Source of the DNA: a virus
IMG/VR virus record: IMGVR_UViG_3300045988_126112
Span: 32,001-96,000 of that record
Direction: 5' to 3' (one strand)
Length of the DNA stretch: 64,000 bases
Part shown: in pieces, positions 7,189-17,186 of the stretch
Layout of the letters: every line of letters begins with the position of its first letter
How positions within the stretch are numbered: position 1 is the first letter of the stretch
Made by a program: the position numbers and the translations under genes
The notes under the pieces: model-generated
What the model saw: only the letters and a program-made list of their open reading frames with translations
Database searches by the model: none
Told to the model about the DNA's origin: nothing

Positions 7189-8307
7189 ATGATATCAATT
7201 AAAGTATTAGGAATAGGAGCAGCAGGAAATAAAGCAGCTGCACAATTAATTAAAAGTGGAGTATTAGAAGAATCTTCAGTAAGATTAATAAATAGTACTC
7301 TAGGAGATGTACCAGACGAATTTCAACAAATAGCAATAGCATTAAGTTCTGTTGATGCTGGTTGTGGTAAAGAAAGATCAATGGCTAAAAACTTAGCTAT
7401 ACAAGCACTTAAAACTAACTTAGGAAGAGAGTTAGCTGAATTAATAACAGATGAAGATAGATTAGTTGTTATAACTACTTCAACTGGTGGTGGAACAGGT
7501 GCAGGTTCTTCATTAATTATAGGACAATATATACAAGAAGTATTAGGTAAAAAAGTAATGATTTATGCATTTACAGGATTTGAAGAAGATGCTAGGGAAC
7601 TTAAAAATACTGTAGAATTCTTCAAAGAAATAAATCCAAGCTTTATAGTTCAAGCTACATCAAATAAGAAATTCTTAGATGAAGCACCTAATAAATTAAA
7701 AGCAGAAGAATTAGCTAATAATGAATTCTGTAATAGAATGAATATAATTACAGGACAAGGAATAGTTAACTCTACTCAAAATATAGACGAAACTGACTTA
7801 TTCAAAATAATAACAACTCCAGGTTATATGGATGCAGGATTTATATCAATGTCTAAACTAAAAAATACTGAACAATTTAATTCAAATATAGTTAATTTCT
7901 TAGATGAAAGACATTCATTAGAAACTTCTAAATCTGCTAAAAGATTAGCTGTAGTTGTTAACTTACAAGATAAATATCAAGATTTTGTAGATTATAAATT
8001 TACTCCATTAAAAGATAGATATGGTGTTCCATTTGAAGTATTCAATCATGTACAAGATGTTCAAGAAAACTTAAGTGATTGTATATGGTTTATATCTTCA
8101 GGAATGGCTATGCCTTTAGATGAAGTACAAGAAATATATGATAAATATATAGAAGAAACAAATAAGATAAATAAAGCTCAAGATAATTTTTTTGATGTAG
8201 CTAATCAAATGGTATCTGAAGATATAGATGATATGTTTGATATAAATACTACTGCAAATAAAGCATCAACTACAAAGACAGCTGAATCATTCTTTGAAAA
8301 CTTATAA
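7189..8307 (+). CDS. Tubulin/FtsZ-superfamily GTPase (PhuZ/TubZ-like)
   Basis: N-terminal IKVLGIGAAGNKAAAQL (G-box 1), tubulin signature TSTGGGTGAGSS, and an acidic C-terminal tail SEDIDDMFDIN. TAGGAGGT SD. Confidence 0.8.
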   Translation: MISIKVLGIGAAGNKAAAQLIKSGVLEESSVRLINSTLGDVPDEFQQIAIALSSVDAGCGKERSMAKNLAIQALKTNLGRELAELITDEDRLVVITTSTGGGTGAGSSLIIGQYIQEVLGKKVMIYAFTGFEEDARELKNTVEFFKEINPSFIVQATSNKKFLDEAPNKLKAEELANNEFCNRMNIITGQGIVNSTQNIDETDLFKIITTPGYMDAGFISMSKLKNTEQFNSNIVNFLDERHSLETSKSAKRLAVVVNLQDKYQDFVDYKFTPLKDRYGVPFEVFNHVQDVQENLSDCIWFISSGMAMPLDEVQEIYDKYIEETNKINKAQDNFFDVANQMVSEDIDDMFDINTTANKASTTKTAESFFENL

Positions 8308-8320
8308 AAATAAAATACAA

Positions 8321-8338
8321 TTATATATTATAAACGTG
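8321..8338 (+). promoter_or_regulatory. Class-A phage promoter-like motif
   Basis: TTATATATTATAAACGTG, upstream of 8374. Confidence 0.55.
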
Positions 8339-8373
8339 TAATAAAATAATAATATATAAAGGAGATGTTATTT

Positions 8374-9285
8374 ATGTTTGAAAGAATGATAAACAACGAT
8401 TTTTTAAAAGAGGGTATGCCATTGCCAGACCCTAAACCATTACACAAAATTACATTTTTGGATAATCCTAAACTTTATCCAGATATGTATAAAGAAAAAT
8501 TTCAAAATTTAGATGCATTAGAAGTAAATGAAATATACAATATATTGGAAGGCAGTATAAGTGTAATATTAGAAAGAGCTGCAGATAATGAAGAATTTGA
8601 AAAAGACTTATTGAAGAATGATAAAATCTTAAATATATTATTGCGTTTATTTGTTGACAATTCTTCAAAAGGTTCTTATTTAGATTATATTTCTTTGTAT
8701 AGATTCAATTCAATAGCTGTATATTGTTTTGAAAATGTACCTAATTTAGCTAATATGTATATCCAATTAGGATACTATGCTAATAAATATATGATAGACA
8801 AAATAACTCCAATAGGAGAAGTTAGTCAAGAAGATGTAACTAAAATGATGTTATATTTTCTTAGAGGTGGTGACCCATTAAGTAATATAGTAAGATTGAA
8901 TAATTATGTTATAAAACTACCTAACAAGATTATCACAGATTATTATATGCTTAGATTGTATGAAACATTATGTTCCGATTTAGGTTTAGTAGGTTTATCT
9001 GCTATAGCTAAATCAGTATTGTTTGATTTTAATATTATAACAAATGATAATGAAAATAAAAATATGAGTGCTATGATTAATGCAGTATTATCATTGATAG
9101 ACCAAAATCCATCAATAACTAGAACTGTATTACTTGATATATATAATTATGCATCAACACCATTAAATGGAAAATACAGAGGTATGAGAATTAGTTTATC
9201 TAAAGGATTATCTCCAAGTGAATTTCCAATGTTATGTCAAACAATAAATTTATTGATGATGCAAGAACAAATATACTTACCATAA
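8374..9285 (+). CDS. Hypothetical protein (303 aa)
   Basis: GGAG lies 9 nt before the ATG at 8374; a class-A motif is at 8321..8338. Confidence 0.8.
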   Translation: MFERMINNDFLKEGMPLPDPKPLHKITFLDNPKLYPDMYKEKFQNLDALEVNEIYNILEGSISVILERAADNEEFEKDLLKNDKILNILLRLFVDNSSKGSYLDYISLYRFNSIAVYCFENVPNLANMYIQLGYYANKYMIDKITPIGEVSQEDVTKMMLYFLRGGDPLSNIVRLNNYVIKLPNKIITDYYMLRLYETLCSDLGLVGLSAIAKSVLFDFNIITNDNENKNMSAMINAVLSLIDQNPSITRTVLLDIYNYASTPLNGKYRGMRISLSKGLSPSEFPMLCQTINLLMMQEQIYLP

Positions 9286-9358
9286 AAAATAATATGAATG
9301 TAACATATAAGTATATAGAAATACTTATGTTTACTTTCTCTTTATAAATAAATGGTTG

Positions 9359-9395
9359 ATATAGAGCTGTTAATTCAGCTCTATATTTTTTTTTC
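9359..9395 (+). terminator. Intrinsic terminator
   Basis: ATATAGAGCTG-TTAAT-CAGCTCTATAT followed by T9. Confidence 0.8.
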
Positions 9396-9410
9396 AGGAG
9401 GTGTAATATT

Positions 9411-9776
9411 ATGAAATTAAAGAAATTATTAGTTCCAGTTATATTAGCAGGTTGTTTACTTACAGGCTGTCAAAAACCTGTATATGATAAACGATTTGCA
9501 GATGAAGTAAAAATAACTTATATGGAGTATAAACCATCAGAATATAAAATGCGATATAACCCAGCTACAAAATCTTGGGTTCCTTATCATACTGATGAAG
9601 AATATCTTGTAGAAGTAAAATATGATAAAGATGGACACAGAACATATTTTTATGATAAATATAGCTATGAAGCTGTTAAAGATAAAAAAATAGGTGATAA
9701 TGTAAAAGCTTTAGTTCATGTATATGTTTATGAAGATAGTACAGCTTCATATACAATAGAAAGTTTAAAAAAATAG
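9411..9776 (+). CDS. Putative lipoprotein (121 aa)
   Basis: MKLKKLLVPVILAGCLLTGCQKP has a basic n-region, a hydrophobic core and lipobox-like LAGC/LTGC. CAGGAGGT SD. Confidence 0.65.
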   Translation: MKLKKLLVPVILAGCLLTGCQKPVYDKRFADEVKITYMEYKPSEYKMRYNPATKSWVPYHTDEEYLVEVKYDKDGHRTYFYDKYSYEAVKDKKIGDNVKALVHVYVYEDSTASYTIESLKK

Positions 9777-9788
9777 GAGGATGATATT

Positions 9789-11030
9789 ATGTCATTATTA
9801 GTACAATCATTTAGAGAAAAAGTTAGTAAAGAAAAAGATATTAGAAAGAAAGATGAATCAAAACCTATGACTTGTTATAGTACAGGATTCTTAGGATTTG
9901 ATATGAGAAATGGTTCAATTCAATATGGTAAAAGAGATGGTAAAGAGTATAAGTATATATCTGCAGGAATAGTAGATGGTACTTATAATATGATTATAGG
10001 AGGTACTGGTACAGGTAAAACAACATTTGTTTTACAAGCATCAGGAAATATAGTCAGACCATTTGAAAACTCTGCTATATTCTTAGATGATGCTGAAGCC
10101 GCATCATCTGCAGTAGTTAGTAGAAACCAACAATTATTAGGAATATATGACCCAGAAGAATATAAAAGAAAAGTAATAGCTAGAAATACTGGTATAACAG
10201 CTGAAAATCTATATGAAAGAATAGTAATGATACATGATATGAAATTAGCTGAACCAGATAAATATATGTATGATACTGGTCAATATGATATGTTTGGAGA
10301 AAAGATATATAAACTTCAACCAACAGTATATATACTAGATTCATTAATGCAATTAATGCCTGATGCAGTTACAGAAGAAGAGTCTTTATCAGGACAAATG
10401 AGTGTAACTTCAACAGCTAAAACAAATGCAGCTATATTTAGAAGAATAATACCTAAATTAAAAGCAGCTAATATAATCTTATTTGTAATAAATCATATAT
10501 TAGAAGACGTTAATATATCTATCTTTAAGAAAAAACCAGATGTTCCATATCTTAAACAAGGTGAACGTCTTCCAGGTGGTAAAACAATACCATACTTAGC
10601 AAATAATTTAATAAGATTTGATTTATCTAGTAAGTTGAAATCTGATGAAGGATTCTATATAGATGGTCATATAGTATCTATATCATTCAATAAATCTAGA
10701 TCTAATAAAGCAGGTAAATCTGTAAATATGGTATTTGACCAAGAAAGAGGATATGACTATGATTTATCATTATATCTTTTACTTAAAGAAAATAAACGTA
10801 TTAAAGGAGCAGGAGCTTATCTATATCTAGAAAGCTGTCCAACTATAAAATTTGCTCAAAAACAATTTAAAGAAAAACTTATGCAGCATCCTGAACTTCA
10901 AGATGCTTTTAATAAAGAAGTAGCACCTTTACTAATGGAAATGGTATCTGAAGTTACAGAAGAAGAATCAGAGAGAAGTGTTGTTAGTAAAAACTTATTC
11001 AGCATGATGAATGATGAATTAACAGCATAA
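9789..11030 (+). CDS. RecA/UvsX-like recombinase ATPase
   Basis: YSTGFLGFDMRNG parallels RecA STGSLSLDIALG. Walker A is GGTGTGKTT at about residue 71 and Walker B is TVYILDSLMQL. SGQMSVTSTAKTNAAIFRRIIPKLKAANIILFVINHI parallels the RecA L1 to INQ segment. Confidence 0.75.
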   Translation: MSLLVQSFREKVSKEKDIRKKDESKPMTCYSTGFLGFDMRNGSIQYGKRDGKEYKYISAGIVDGTYNMIIGGTGTGKTTFVLQASGNIVRPFENSAIFLDDAEAASSAVVSRNQQLLGIYDPEEYKRKVIARNTGITAENLYERIVMIHDMKLAEPDKYMYDTGQYDMFGEKIYKLQPTVYILDSLMQLMPDAVTEEESLSGQMSVTSTAKTNAAIFRRIIPKLKAANIILFVINHILEDVNISIFKKKPDVPYLKQGERLPGGKTIPYLANNLIRFDLSSKLKSDEGFYIDGHIVSISFNKSRSNKAGKSVNMVFDQERGYDYDLSLYLLLKENKRIKGAGAYLYLESCPTIKFAQKQFKEKLMQHPELQDAFNKEVAPLLMEMVSEVTEEESERSVVSKNLFSMMNDELTA

Positions 11031-11048
11031 TCATATATTATATGAGTG
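11031..11048 (+). promoter_or_regulatory. Class-A phage promoter-like motif
   Basis: TCATATATTATATGAGTG, upstream of the RNAP beta C-half gene. It runs directly into the hairpin at 11044..11067. Confidence 0.55.
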
Positions 11049-11067
11049 ATAGAGAAATCTATCACTC
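11044..11067 (+). other. 24-nt A-GAAA-U-capped hairpin between the promoter motif and the SD
   Basis: GAGTGATAG-AGAAAT-CTATCACTC. No proper T-run follows; the SD is 10 nt downstream. Confidence 0.6.
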
Positions 11068-11092
11068 ATCTTTAAGGTAGGAGGATAGTAAT

Positions 11093-13294
11093 ATGAAAAT
11101 TGATGTTATCGACAAAGTAAAGGAAATGGAGGATCAATTTCCTTCAATGGAGTATTTATTATGTAAAGGATTGATGATGCCATTCAATCCTTCAAATTCA
11201 GGTAGTAGAAAACAAATGATGGCAGCTCAACTTGAGCAAGGATTAGAGTTATATCATTCTGAATTACCAAGAGTACAAACTGGATATGAAAATAGATTTG
11301 GTGACAGATCTTCTTCATTAATAATTGCAGATAAAGAGTATGTGGTAGTTCACAAAATAAGTAAATTTAGTTTTGATCCAGATAGATTCTATTATCTAAT
11401 TATCTATGATACTAAGGGTAATTCATTTGATATGATTACTAAACAAGAGTATCAATATATAACAGAATCTTATGGAATCTTATACAATACAAAATATATG
11501 GATAAACTTAGACCAGGTGTTAAGATTAATAAAGGTGATACAATAAGAAAATCTTTAGCTTATGATGAATTTAATAATAGATGTGATGGTGTAAATCTTA
11601 TGTCTACTTATTTATCATCAGAAGAAACAAAAGAAGATGGTATTTGGATTTCTGAAACAGCTTCTAAGCTATTGGCGTGTCCATTAGTAAAGAAAGTACA
11701 AATTCAAATAAATGATAATGATATACCATTAAATCTGTACTATGATGATGTAGAAAGAGATTATAAATCATTTCCAGATGTAGGTGAAAATACAGATAGA
11801 ACTAATGGTGTATTAATGGGTATAAGACGTATGAAGAAAGAAGAAATACTATTCACTCAAAACAAAAATAATTTATCAAAAATAATGCTTAGTGATGATG
11901 TATTTACAGCTTCAGGAACTGTAGTAGATGTTGATATATATTGTAATAATCCAGAAACATTATCAAAATATGTTCATTTTGGACAATTACAATTTTATCA
12001 TCAAGAACAAATGGCTTTCATGAATGATTTTATATCTAAAGTTGGTCCATTGATAGAGTCTGGATATAATTGCTCTTATGAGATGAAAAAATTATATCAT
12101 AGATTCAAAAAGATATATTATGGTGGGCAATATCTTAAAGATAATGTCTTCTCAAATACAATATTAGAATTGACATTAGTTGAATATAATCCAGTTGAAG
12201 TTGGTGATAAGATAGCTAACAGATATGGAGGTAAAGGTGTTGTATCAAAAATAAGTCCAGATAATATGATGCCTTTATTAGATAATGGTAGAAGGGTAGA
12301 TTTAATCTATAATGGTTCTACTTGTATAAATAGAGAGAATAATGGACAATTAAATGAAATGTTTCTTAATTATGCAAGTAATAGAATTGTGGATCATGTA
12401 AGAAGTTTAGATGGTTCATTTGACTTAAATTATACTATAAATCTATATATAGATTATCTTAATATTCTTAATCCTAATTTAGCTGAAAGAATGGAGCAAT
12501 ATATACTTTCAGCAGAATTGGATGACCAAGTTGCATTTATGCAATATATATTTGATGAAGGATTTATACTTTCATTAGACCCTATGTGTGATATCAATAT
12601 AGATACATTATATAAGATTTGGAAGAAATTCGGATTCATAAAACAATACAATGTTGTTGTACCTCAAATAGGTTCAGATGGTAATTATAGATATGTAAAA
12701 ACTAGAAGAACTCTTGAATGTGGTGAACAATATATTTGGCGTTTAAAACAATATGCTGAAGAAAAGTTTTCTACAGTTTCATTATCAGCAACAAACTTAA
12801 AAAATGAAAATACTAGAAACAGCAGTAAGAAATCATATAAATCTCCACATGCAAAAACTTGTGTAAGATTTGGTGATATGGAAACTGGTAATATGCTTCA
12901 TTTAGGTATAGAACCATTGATTACAAATCTAATGATGCTATCTTTAGCACCTAAAGCTAGAAGAAGATTAGGAACTGAATTAACTGAAGGTCCTTTATTT
13001 GATTTAGATGTTAAACTTCATCCTGAAGATAGTAACAGAAGTGTAGAAATATTGAATGCTTATCTTATAACTATAGGATTGAAACTTACTTTTACTAAAG
13101 TGCCTAAAAAGTTTATATATCCTATAAAATATAATATAAATGGTGTTCCAGTTTTAAATAAAGATGATACTACTTATCATCCTGCAATAACTTATATTGA
13201 TAAGAAAGGAAATCAATTTATAGGAGATTATGAACCTGTAAATCCTATAGATAATTTAAAAGAAGTTATTCATTGGAACAGAAAGGAAAAATAA
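11093..13294 (+). CDS. Multisubunit RNA polymerase beta subunit, C-terminal half
   Basis: GDKIANRYGGKGVVSKI (compare GDKMAGRHGNKGVIS), DLIYNGSTCINRENNGQLNEM (compare DIVLNPLGVPSRMNIGQ), YIWRLKQY and VRFGDMETGNM (compare RFGEMEVWAL). Confidence 0.85.
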   Translation: MKIDVIDKVKEMEDQFPSMEYLLCKGLMMPFNPSNSGSRKQMMAAQLEQGLELYHSELPRVQTGYENRFGDRSSSLIIADKEYVVVHKISKFSFDPDRFYYLIIYDTKGNSFDMITKQEYQYITESYGILYNTKYMDKLRPGVKINKGDTIRKSLAYDEFNNRCDGVNLMSTYLSSEETKEDGIWISETASKLLACPLVKKVQIQINDNDIPLNLYYDDVERDYKSFPDVGENTDRTNGVLMGIRRMKKEEILFTQNKNNLSKIMLSDDVFTASGTVVDVDIYCNNPETLSKYVHFGQLQFYHQEQMAFMNDFISKVGPLIESGYNCSYEMKKLYHRFKKIYYGGQYLKDNVFSNTILELTLVEYNPVEVGDKIANRYGGKGVVSKISPDNMMPLLDNGRRVDLIYNGSTCINRENNGQLNEMFLNYASNRIVDHVRSLDGSFDLNYTINLYIDYLNILNPNLAERMEQYILSAELDDQVAFMQYIFDEGFILSLDPMCDINIDTLYKIWKKFGFIKQYNVVVPQIGSDGNYRYVKTRRTLECGEQYIWRLKQYAEEKFSTVSLSATNLKNENTRNSSKKSYKSPHAKTCVRFGDMETGNMLHLGIEPLITNLMMLSLAPKARRRLGTELTEGPLFDLDVKLHPEDSNRSVEILNAYLITIGLKLTFTKVPKKFIYPIKYNINGVPVLNKDDTTYHPAITYIDKKGNQFIGDYEPVNPIDNLKEVIHWNRKEK

Positions 13295-13296
13295 AT

Positions 13297-15648
13297 ATGT
13301 ATGAATATTTAAAACAAATGTTAGAGTATATAAAGACATATAATGAATTGCCAAAAGATTCAATTCAATTTAATGATATATGTTTAGAGTTGTATAATAA
13401 CAGTAATAACTTAAATGATTACCAAGTCCAGTCTTTGGACTTGGTTTTAAAAATATGTAATACAGTTTATGAGAATTCATCTACTGTATTAATAGATGAT
13501 GATTTTTATGATCATCTAGTTGAAATATATAGAAAGTATAATGGAGATTTCAGAATTGGTGCAGAAACCATAGACATAAATGAAATGAGAAATGTAATTA
13601 CTTTTATAAAGAAACCTGAAGAAAGAGATGTTATAAGTTATAATAAGTATAATGAAGATAATATGATGTTTTATAAAGATTTATCGTATAATAGTCCTTT
13701 GGATAAATATGATTTGAAGAAACAAAATTATACTTATAATGGAGATATATCTAAAAGAAAAGTTTTAGATAGTCAATTATATCCAAGTCTTGTAGGTACA
13801 TTGGACAAATGTAAATTTGTTTTAGATAGTCAAGCAAAAGAAAAAGGAGTTTATAATGAACCAAATGTTAAAATATTTGAAAGAGATTTTCTAATCAAAC
13901 ATATGAAAATGGGAATTATAAATCCACATGACAAATACACATTAATAGCAGAATTGAAATATGATGGTATTTCAATATGTGCTGAAGTACAAAATGGTGT
14001 TATAATATCAGCAAATACAAGAGGAGATGTTAAAGATGATTTATCAGCTGATTTAACTCCTATATTTGCAGGATATAAATTTTATAGAGTTAATGAAGAT
14101 ATATCTAATGGTGAAAAATATGGTGTTAAATTTGAAGCCGTAATGACAAAATATAATCTTATGATGTATAATCAAATGAAAGGAAGAAGTTATGCTAATG
14201 GTAGAACAGCCATAATAGGATTACTATCTTCTTCAGATGCCTATAAATATAGAGATTTGATAACATTGGTTCCATTGGATTGGTCTTATAGTGATCAAAT
14301 GACTGAGTTAGGTGATAATTATGAATTAGCATATATATTAGGAACTAGAAAGATGCAAATTCAATTACTTAACGATAGATTTAGAAATGGTCAAATTAAT
14401 AGATTTACTATAATGGAAGGAGATTATAAGAGTCTATTATTCCAAGTAAAAAGATTTGTTGAAGAAGCAGAAATGATGAGAGATTTTATTCCATATATGT
14501 ATGATGGAGTAGTAATATCTTATGATGATCCTTCAATAAGAAAACAACTAGGTAGAGAGCATAGTGTAAATAAATATAGTATAGCTATAAAATTTAGTGC
14601 TTTAAAGAAAAGTACTATATTTACTGGTTATACTTATACAGTAGGTCAAGATGGTAGTATAACTCCAATGATACATTATAATCCTGTAATGTTCTTTGGA
14701 ACTATACATGACAAAGCAAGTGCTCATTCATATGATAGATTTATGAAACTTGGTTTAAGAAAAGGAGATGTAGTTGATGTTGAGTATACTAATGACGTAA
14801 TGGCTTATGTTACTAAACCAGATAATAGTCATAATGCTAGTAATAATAATCCATTAGAAGTATTTCCAACTCATTGTCCTTCATGTGGTAGTAAACTTGT
14901 TATAAGTAAATCTGGTAAACAAGTTATGTGTGAAAATAAAGATTGTCCAGAAAGAAATATTAGAAGAATTGATAATATGTTTAAGAAGTTAAATATAAAA
15001 GATTTTTCTGAAGCTTATCTTACAAGAATAGGAAGATATCATTTAAAAGATTTAATGAGTTTAACTAAAGATGATGTATCTTTCTTAGGAGAAGTTAATT
15101 CTCAAAAATTTGTAGATAGTATGAGATATTTACAAACTAATCCAATATATGATTATAAAATCATAGGTTCATTAGGATTCAATAATGTAGGTAGTGAGAA
15201 ATGGAAAATCATATTTACAAAATATGACTTACATGAATTTGTTAACTTAATGAATAATAACTGTCTTCCTATGGAAAGTTTAACTAATCTTAAAGGATTG
15301 GGTCCTGAGACAGTTAATACAATCTTTAATGAATATGAATTCTTTAAAGAAGATATTATGTTTATAGAAACTTTTAAAAATGTAAAATCTATTAAACATG
15401 ATATTGAGAATATAAATATAAAGAAGATAAGATTCACAGGTGTTAGAGATAGTGAACTTATTAACTTTGTATCAAACATGGGACATGATATTAATGGAAC
15501 TGGAAGTGTTACAAAAGATACAGATATATTAATAGTCCCATATGAAAATTATTCAAGTTCAAAAGTTTCAAAGGCGATATCAAATGGAAACACTTTAATA
15601 GTCCCAATTGATACGTTTAAGGAAAACTTAAATGAGTATCTAAAGTAA
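13297..15648 (+). CDS. ligA: NAD-dependent DNA ligase (LigA-type)
   Basis: Adenylation motif ELKYDGISI (KxDG), four-Cys zinc finger CPSCGSKLV...CENKDCPE, and a BRCT-like C-terminus (IRFTGVRDSELINFV). Likely start is the ATG at 13297 after AAAGGAAAA; track start 13273 overlaps the upstream gene. Confidence 0.85.
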   Translation: MYEYLKQMLEYIKTYNELPKDSIQFNDICLELYNNSNNLNDYQVQSLDLVLKICNTVYENSSTVLIDDDFYDHLVEIYRKYNGDFRIGAETIDINEMRNVITFIKKPEERDVISYNKYNEDNMMFYKDLSYNSPLDKYDLKKQNYTYNGDISKRKVLDSQLYPSLVGTLDKCKFVLDSQAKEKGVYNEPNVKIFERDFLIKHMKMGIINPHDKYTLIAELKYDGISICAEVQNGVIISANTRGDVKDDLSADLTPIFAGYKFYRVNEDISNGEKYGVKFEAVMTKYNLMMYNQMKGRSYANGRTAIIGLLSSSDAYKYRDLITLVPLDWSYSDQMTELGDNYELAYILGTRKMQIQLLNDRFRNGQINRFTIMEGDYKSLLFQVKRFVEEAEMMRDFIPYMYDGVVISYDDPSIRKQLGREHSVNKYSIAIKFSALKKSTIFTGYTYTVGQDGSITPMIHYNPVMFFGTIHDKASAHSYDRFMKLGLRKGDVVDVEYTNDVMAYVTKPDNSHNASNNNPLEVFPTHCPSCGSKLVISKSGKQVMCENKDCPERNIRRIDNMFKKLNIKDFSEAYLTRIGRYHLKDLMSLTKDDVSFLGEVNSQKFVDSMRYLQTNPIYDYKIIGSLGFNNVGSEKWKIIFTKYDLHEFVNLMNNNCLPMESLTNLKGLGPETVNTIFNEYEFFKEDIMFIETFKNVKSIKHDIENINIKKIRFTGVRDSELINFVSNMGHDINGTGSVTKDTDILIVPYENYSSSKVSKAISNGNTLIVPIDTFKENLNEYLK

Positions 15649-15678
15649 TAAATTATAACCAAGGAAACATAATTATAA

Positions 15679-15696
15679 TTATATATTATAAGTATG
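15679..15696 (+). promoter_or_regulatory. Class-A phage promoter-like motif
   Basis: TTATATATTATAAGTATG, upstream of 15752. Confidence 0.55.
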
Positions 15697-15751
15697 ATAA
15701 ACAATAATAATTGTTTATAAATATTATTTAAATTATTAGGAGGATTGTAAT

Positions 15752-16399
15752 ATGAAAGTAAACTTAAAAGAAAGCCAATTATTAGTTCAATTAGTAGAAA
15801 ACGTGAGTAGAGTTCAAGGTCTAAGAATATCTGATGTTAACTGGGAAATGATGATAGAAGATCTTAGTACAGCTATTTACAAATTCTTAGCTATAGCTAA
15901 GGATAAAGACAAAAAAGTAGCATTAGTATTTACTGATGCATCAGAAGCTCATAACTTCTTAATAGCAGCTATCATTGAATATCATAAAAATGATGATTCA
16001 GATGAAGTTGGAGGAAACTGGAGCTTCGTTTATACATTCAACAAAGAAGATGTAACTGACTGTGAAATCATTCATGCGAATGACCCTAAATTCATACAAG
16101 CTTTTAATGATGTAACTAGTGAATCATTAAAAGATAAACATGGTGATATGACAGGTTATACAGTAGACGGAATGATAGTAACTAAAATATTTGAAGCTAT
16201 ATTTAAATATCTAAAAATATGGCTAGACACTAACGCTAGAACAGATGAGGTTGTAGACTTAGTTTTAGAAGACCACTTTGAAGCATCTGTAGCAGTAGAA
16301 GATGGAATCAAAGTAATGTCTATGGTCCCACATGGTAGAGCTAAGTCTCAAATAAAAGATGACGATGCTGTATCACAAGATGTAAGCTTAGATAAATAA
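15752..16399 (+). CDS. Hypothetical acidic protein (215 aa)
   Basis: TAGGAGGA SD, its own class-A motif upstream and a terminator downstream (monocistronic unit). Confidence 0.85.
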   Translation: MKVNLKESQLLVQLVENVSRVQGLRISDVNWEMMIEDLSTAIYKFLAIAKDKDKKVALVFTDASEAHNFLIAAIIEYHKNDDSDEVGGNWSFVYTFNKEDVTDCEIIHANDPKFIQAFNDVTSESLKDKHGDMTGYTVDGMIVTKIFEAIFKYLKIWLDTNARTDEVVDLVLEDHFEASVAVEDGIKVMSMVPHGRAKSQIKDDDAVSQDVSLDK

Positions 16400-16425
16400 T
16401 TTATAAAGTAGTATAAAAATATAAT

Positions 16426-16457
16426 AAACCATGTGTTAACTCACATGGTTTATTTTT
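16426..16457 (+). terminator. Intrinsic terminator
   Basis: AAACCATGTG-TTAAC-TCACATGGTTT followed by ATTTTT. Confidence 0.75.
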
Positions 16458-16480
16458 AATTTCGAAAGAGAGGTAAAAAC

Positions 16481-17185
16481 ATGAGTATGAAAAAAGCTAT
16501 TCTGAATGATAAAATGTACAATCTAATATCTAAAGAAGAATTCTTTTCTAAGAAAGATTATTATAATTCTATTAGTTCAGTAGCTATAGAAGAAGAAATG
16601 ATAGTTGATGGAGAAAGAGTAACTGTAGGATTACCAATAACACAATCAAAAAATGTTACAGGAGCTTATTCTGAAGAGGATTCACCATTAATCTTCTTTA
16701 CAAATAAAGACGAAAGTTATGATAAATATATATGTCAAGATAGTAATGTAATTGACTTTTCTAATATTGATAATATGAGTCAATATTATGAAAACTGTAT
16801 TAAGTATAATGATGCTGAAAGAGAAATTATAACTAATACAATTAATCAATCAAAACCTGTAATAAAGGAAGATGATTCACCTTTATTAAAGATAACAAAG
16901 CAAACTATCTGCGATAAGAATATAGATATGGATAAATATGCAGATAGATTTGAGCAATACAATAATGATAAAAGATTAGTAAGTTCCTCAAAGAAAGATA
17001 TTACAATGAAGAAAGCATCAATGATGTTAGATAAACTAGATGTTGACACTTATGTAATAACTACAAATAAAGAAGGAGATATTCCTAATCCAATGCCAGG
17101 ACCATTGATAAGAAAAGTATCTGGTGAAGGAGAAGAATTAACAGTTGATGAATTGATAAAATTATTAAAAGGAGAGGAAGAATAA
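16481..17185 (+). CDS. Hypothetical protein (234 aa)
   Basis: AGAGAGGT SD; ends 1 nt before the RNAP beta N-half gene. Confidence 0.8.
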   Translation: MSMKKAILNDKMYNLISKEEFFSKKDYYNSISSVAIEEEMIVDGERVTVGLPITQSKNVTGAYSEEDSPLIFFTNKDESYDKYICQDSNVIDFSNIDNMSQYYENCIKYNDAEREIITNTINQSKPVIKEDDSPLLKITKQTICDKNIDMDKYADRFEQYNNDKRLVSSSKKDITMKKASMMLDKLDVDTYVITTNKEGDIPNPMPGPLIRKVSGEGEELTVDELIKLLKGEEE

Positions 17186-17186
17186 T

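Noticed and set aside
9305-9330. A hairpin, CATATAAGTAT-ATAGAA-ATACTTATG, that I first grouped with the A-GAAA-U-capped family.
   Set aside because: The best pairing gives a 6-nt ATAGAA loop without the A-GAAA-U cap, so it is not a member. It is probably just part of the 3'-UTR before the real terminator at 9359-9395.
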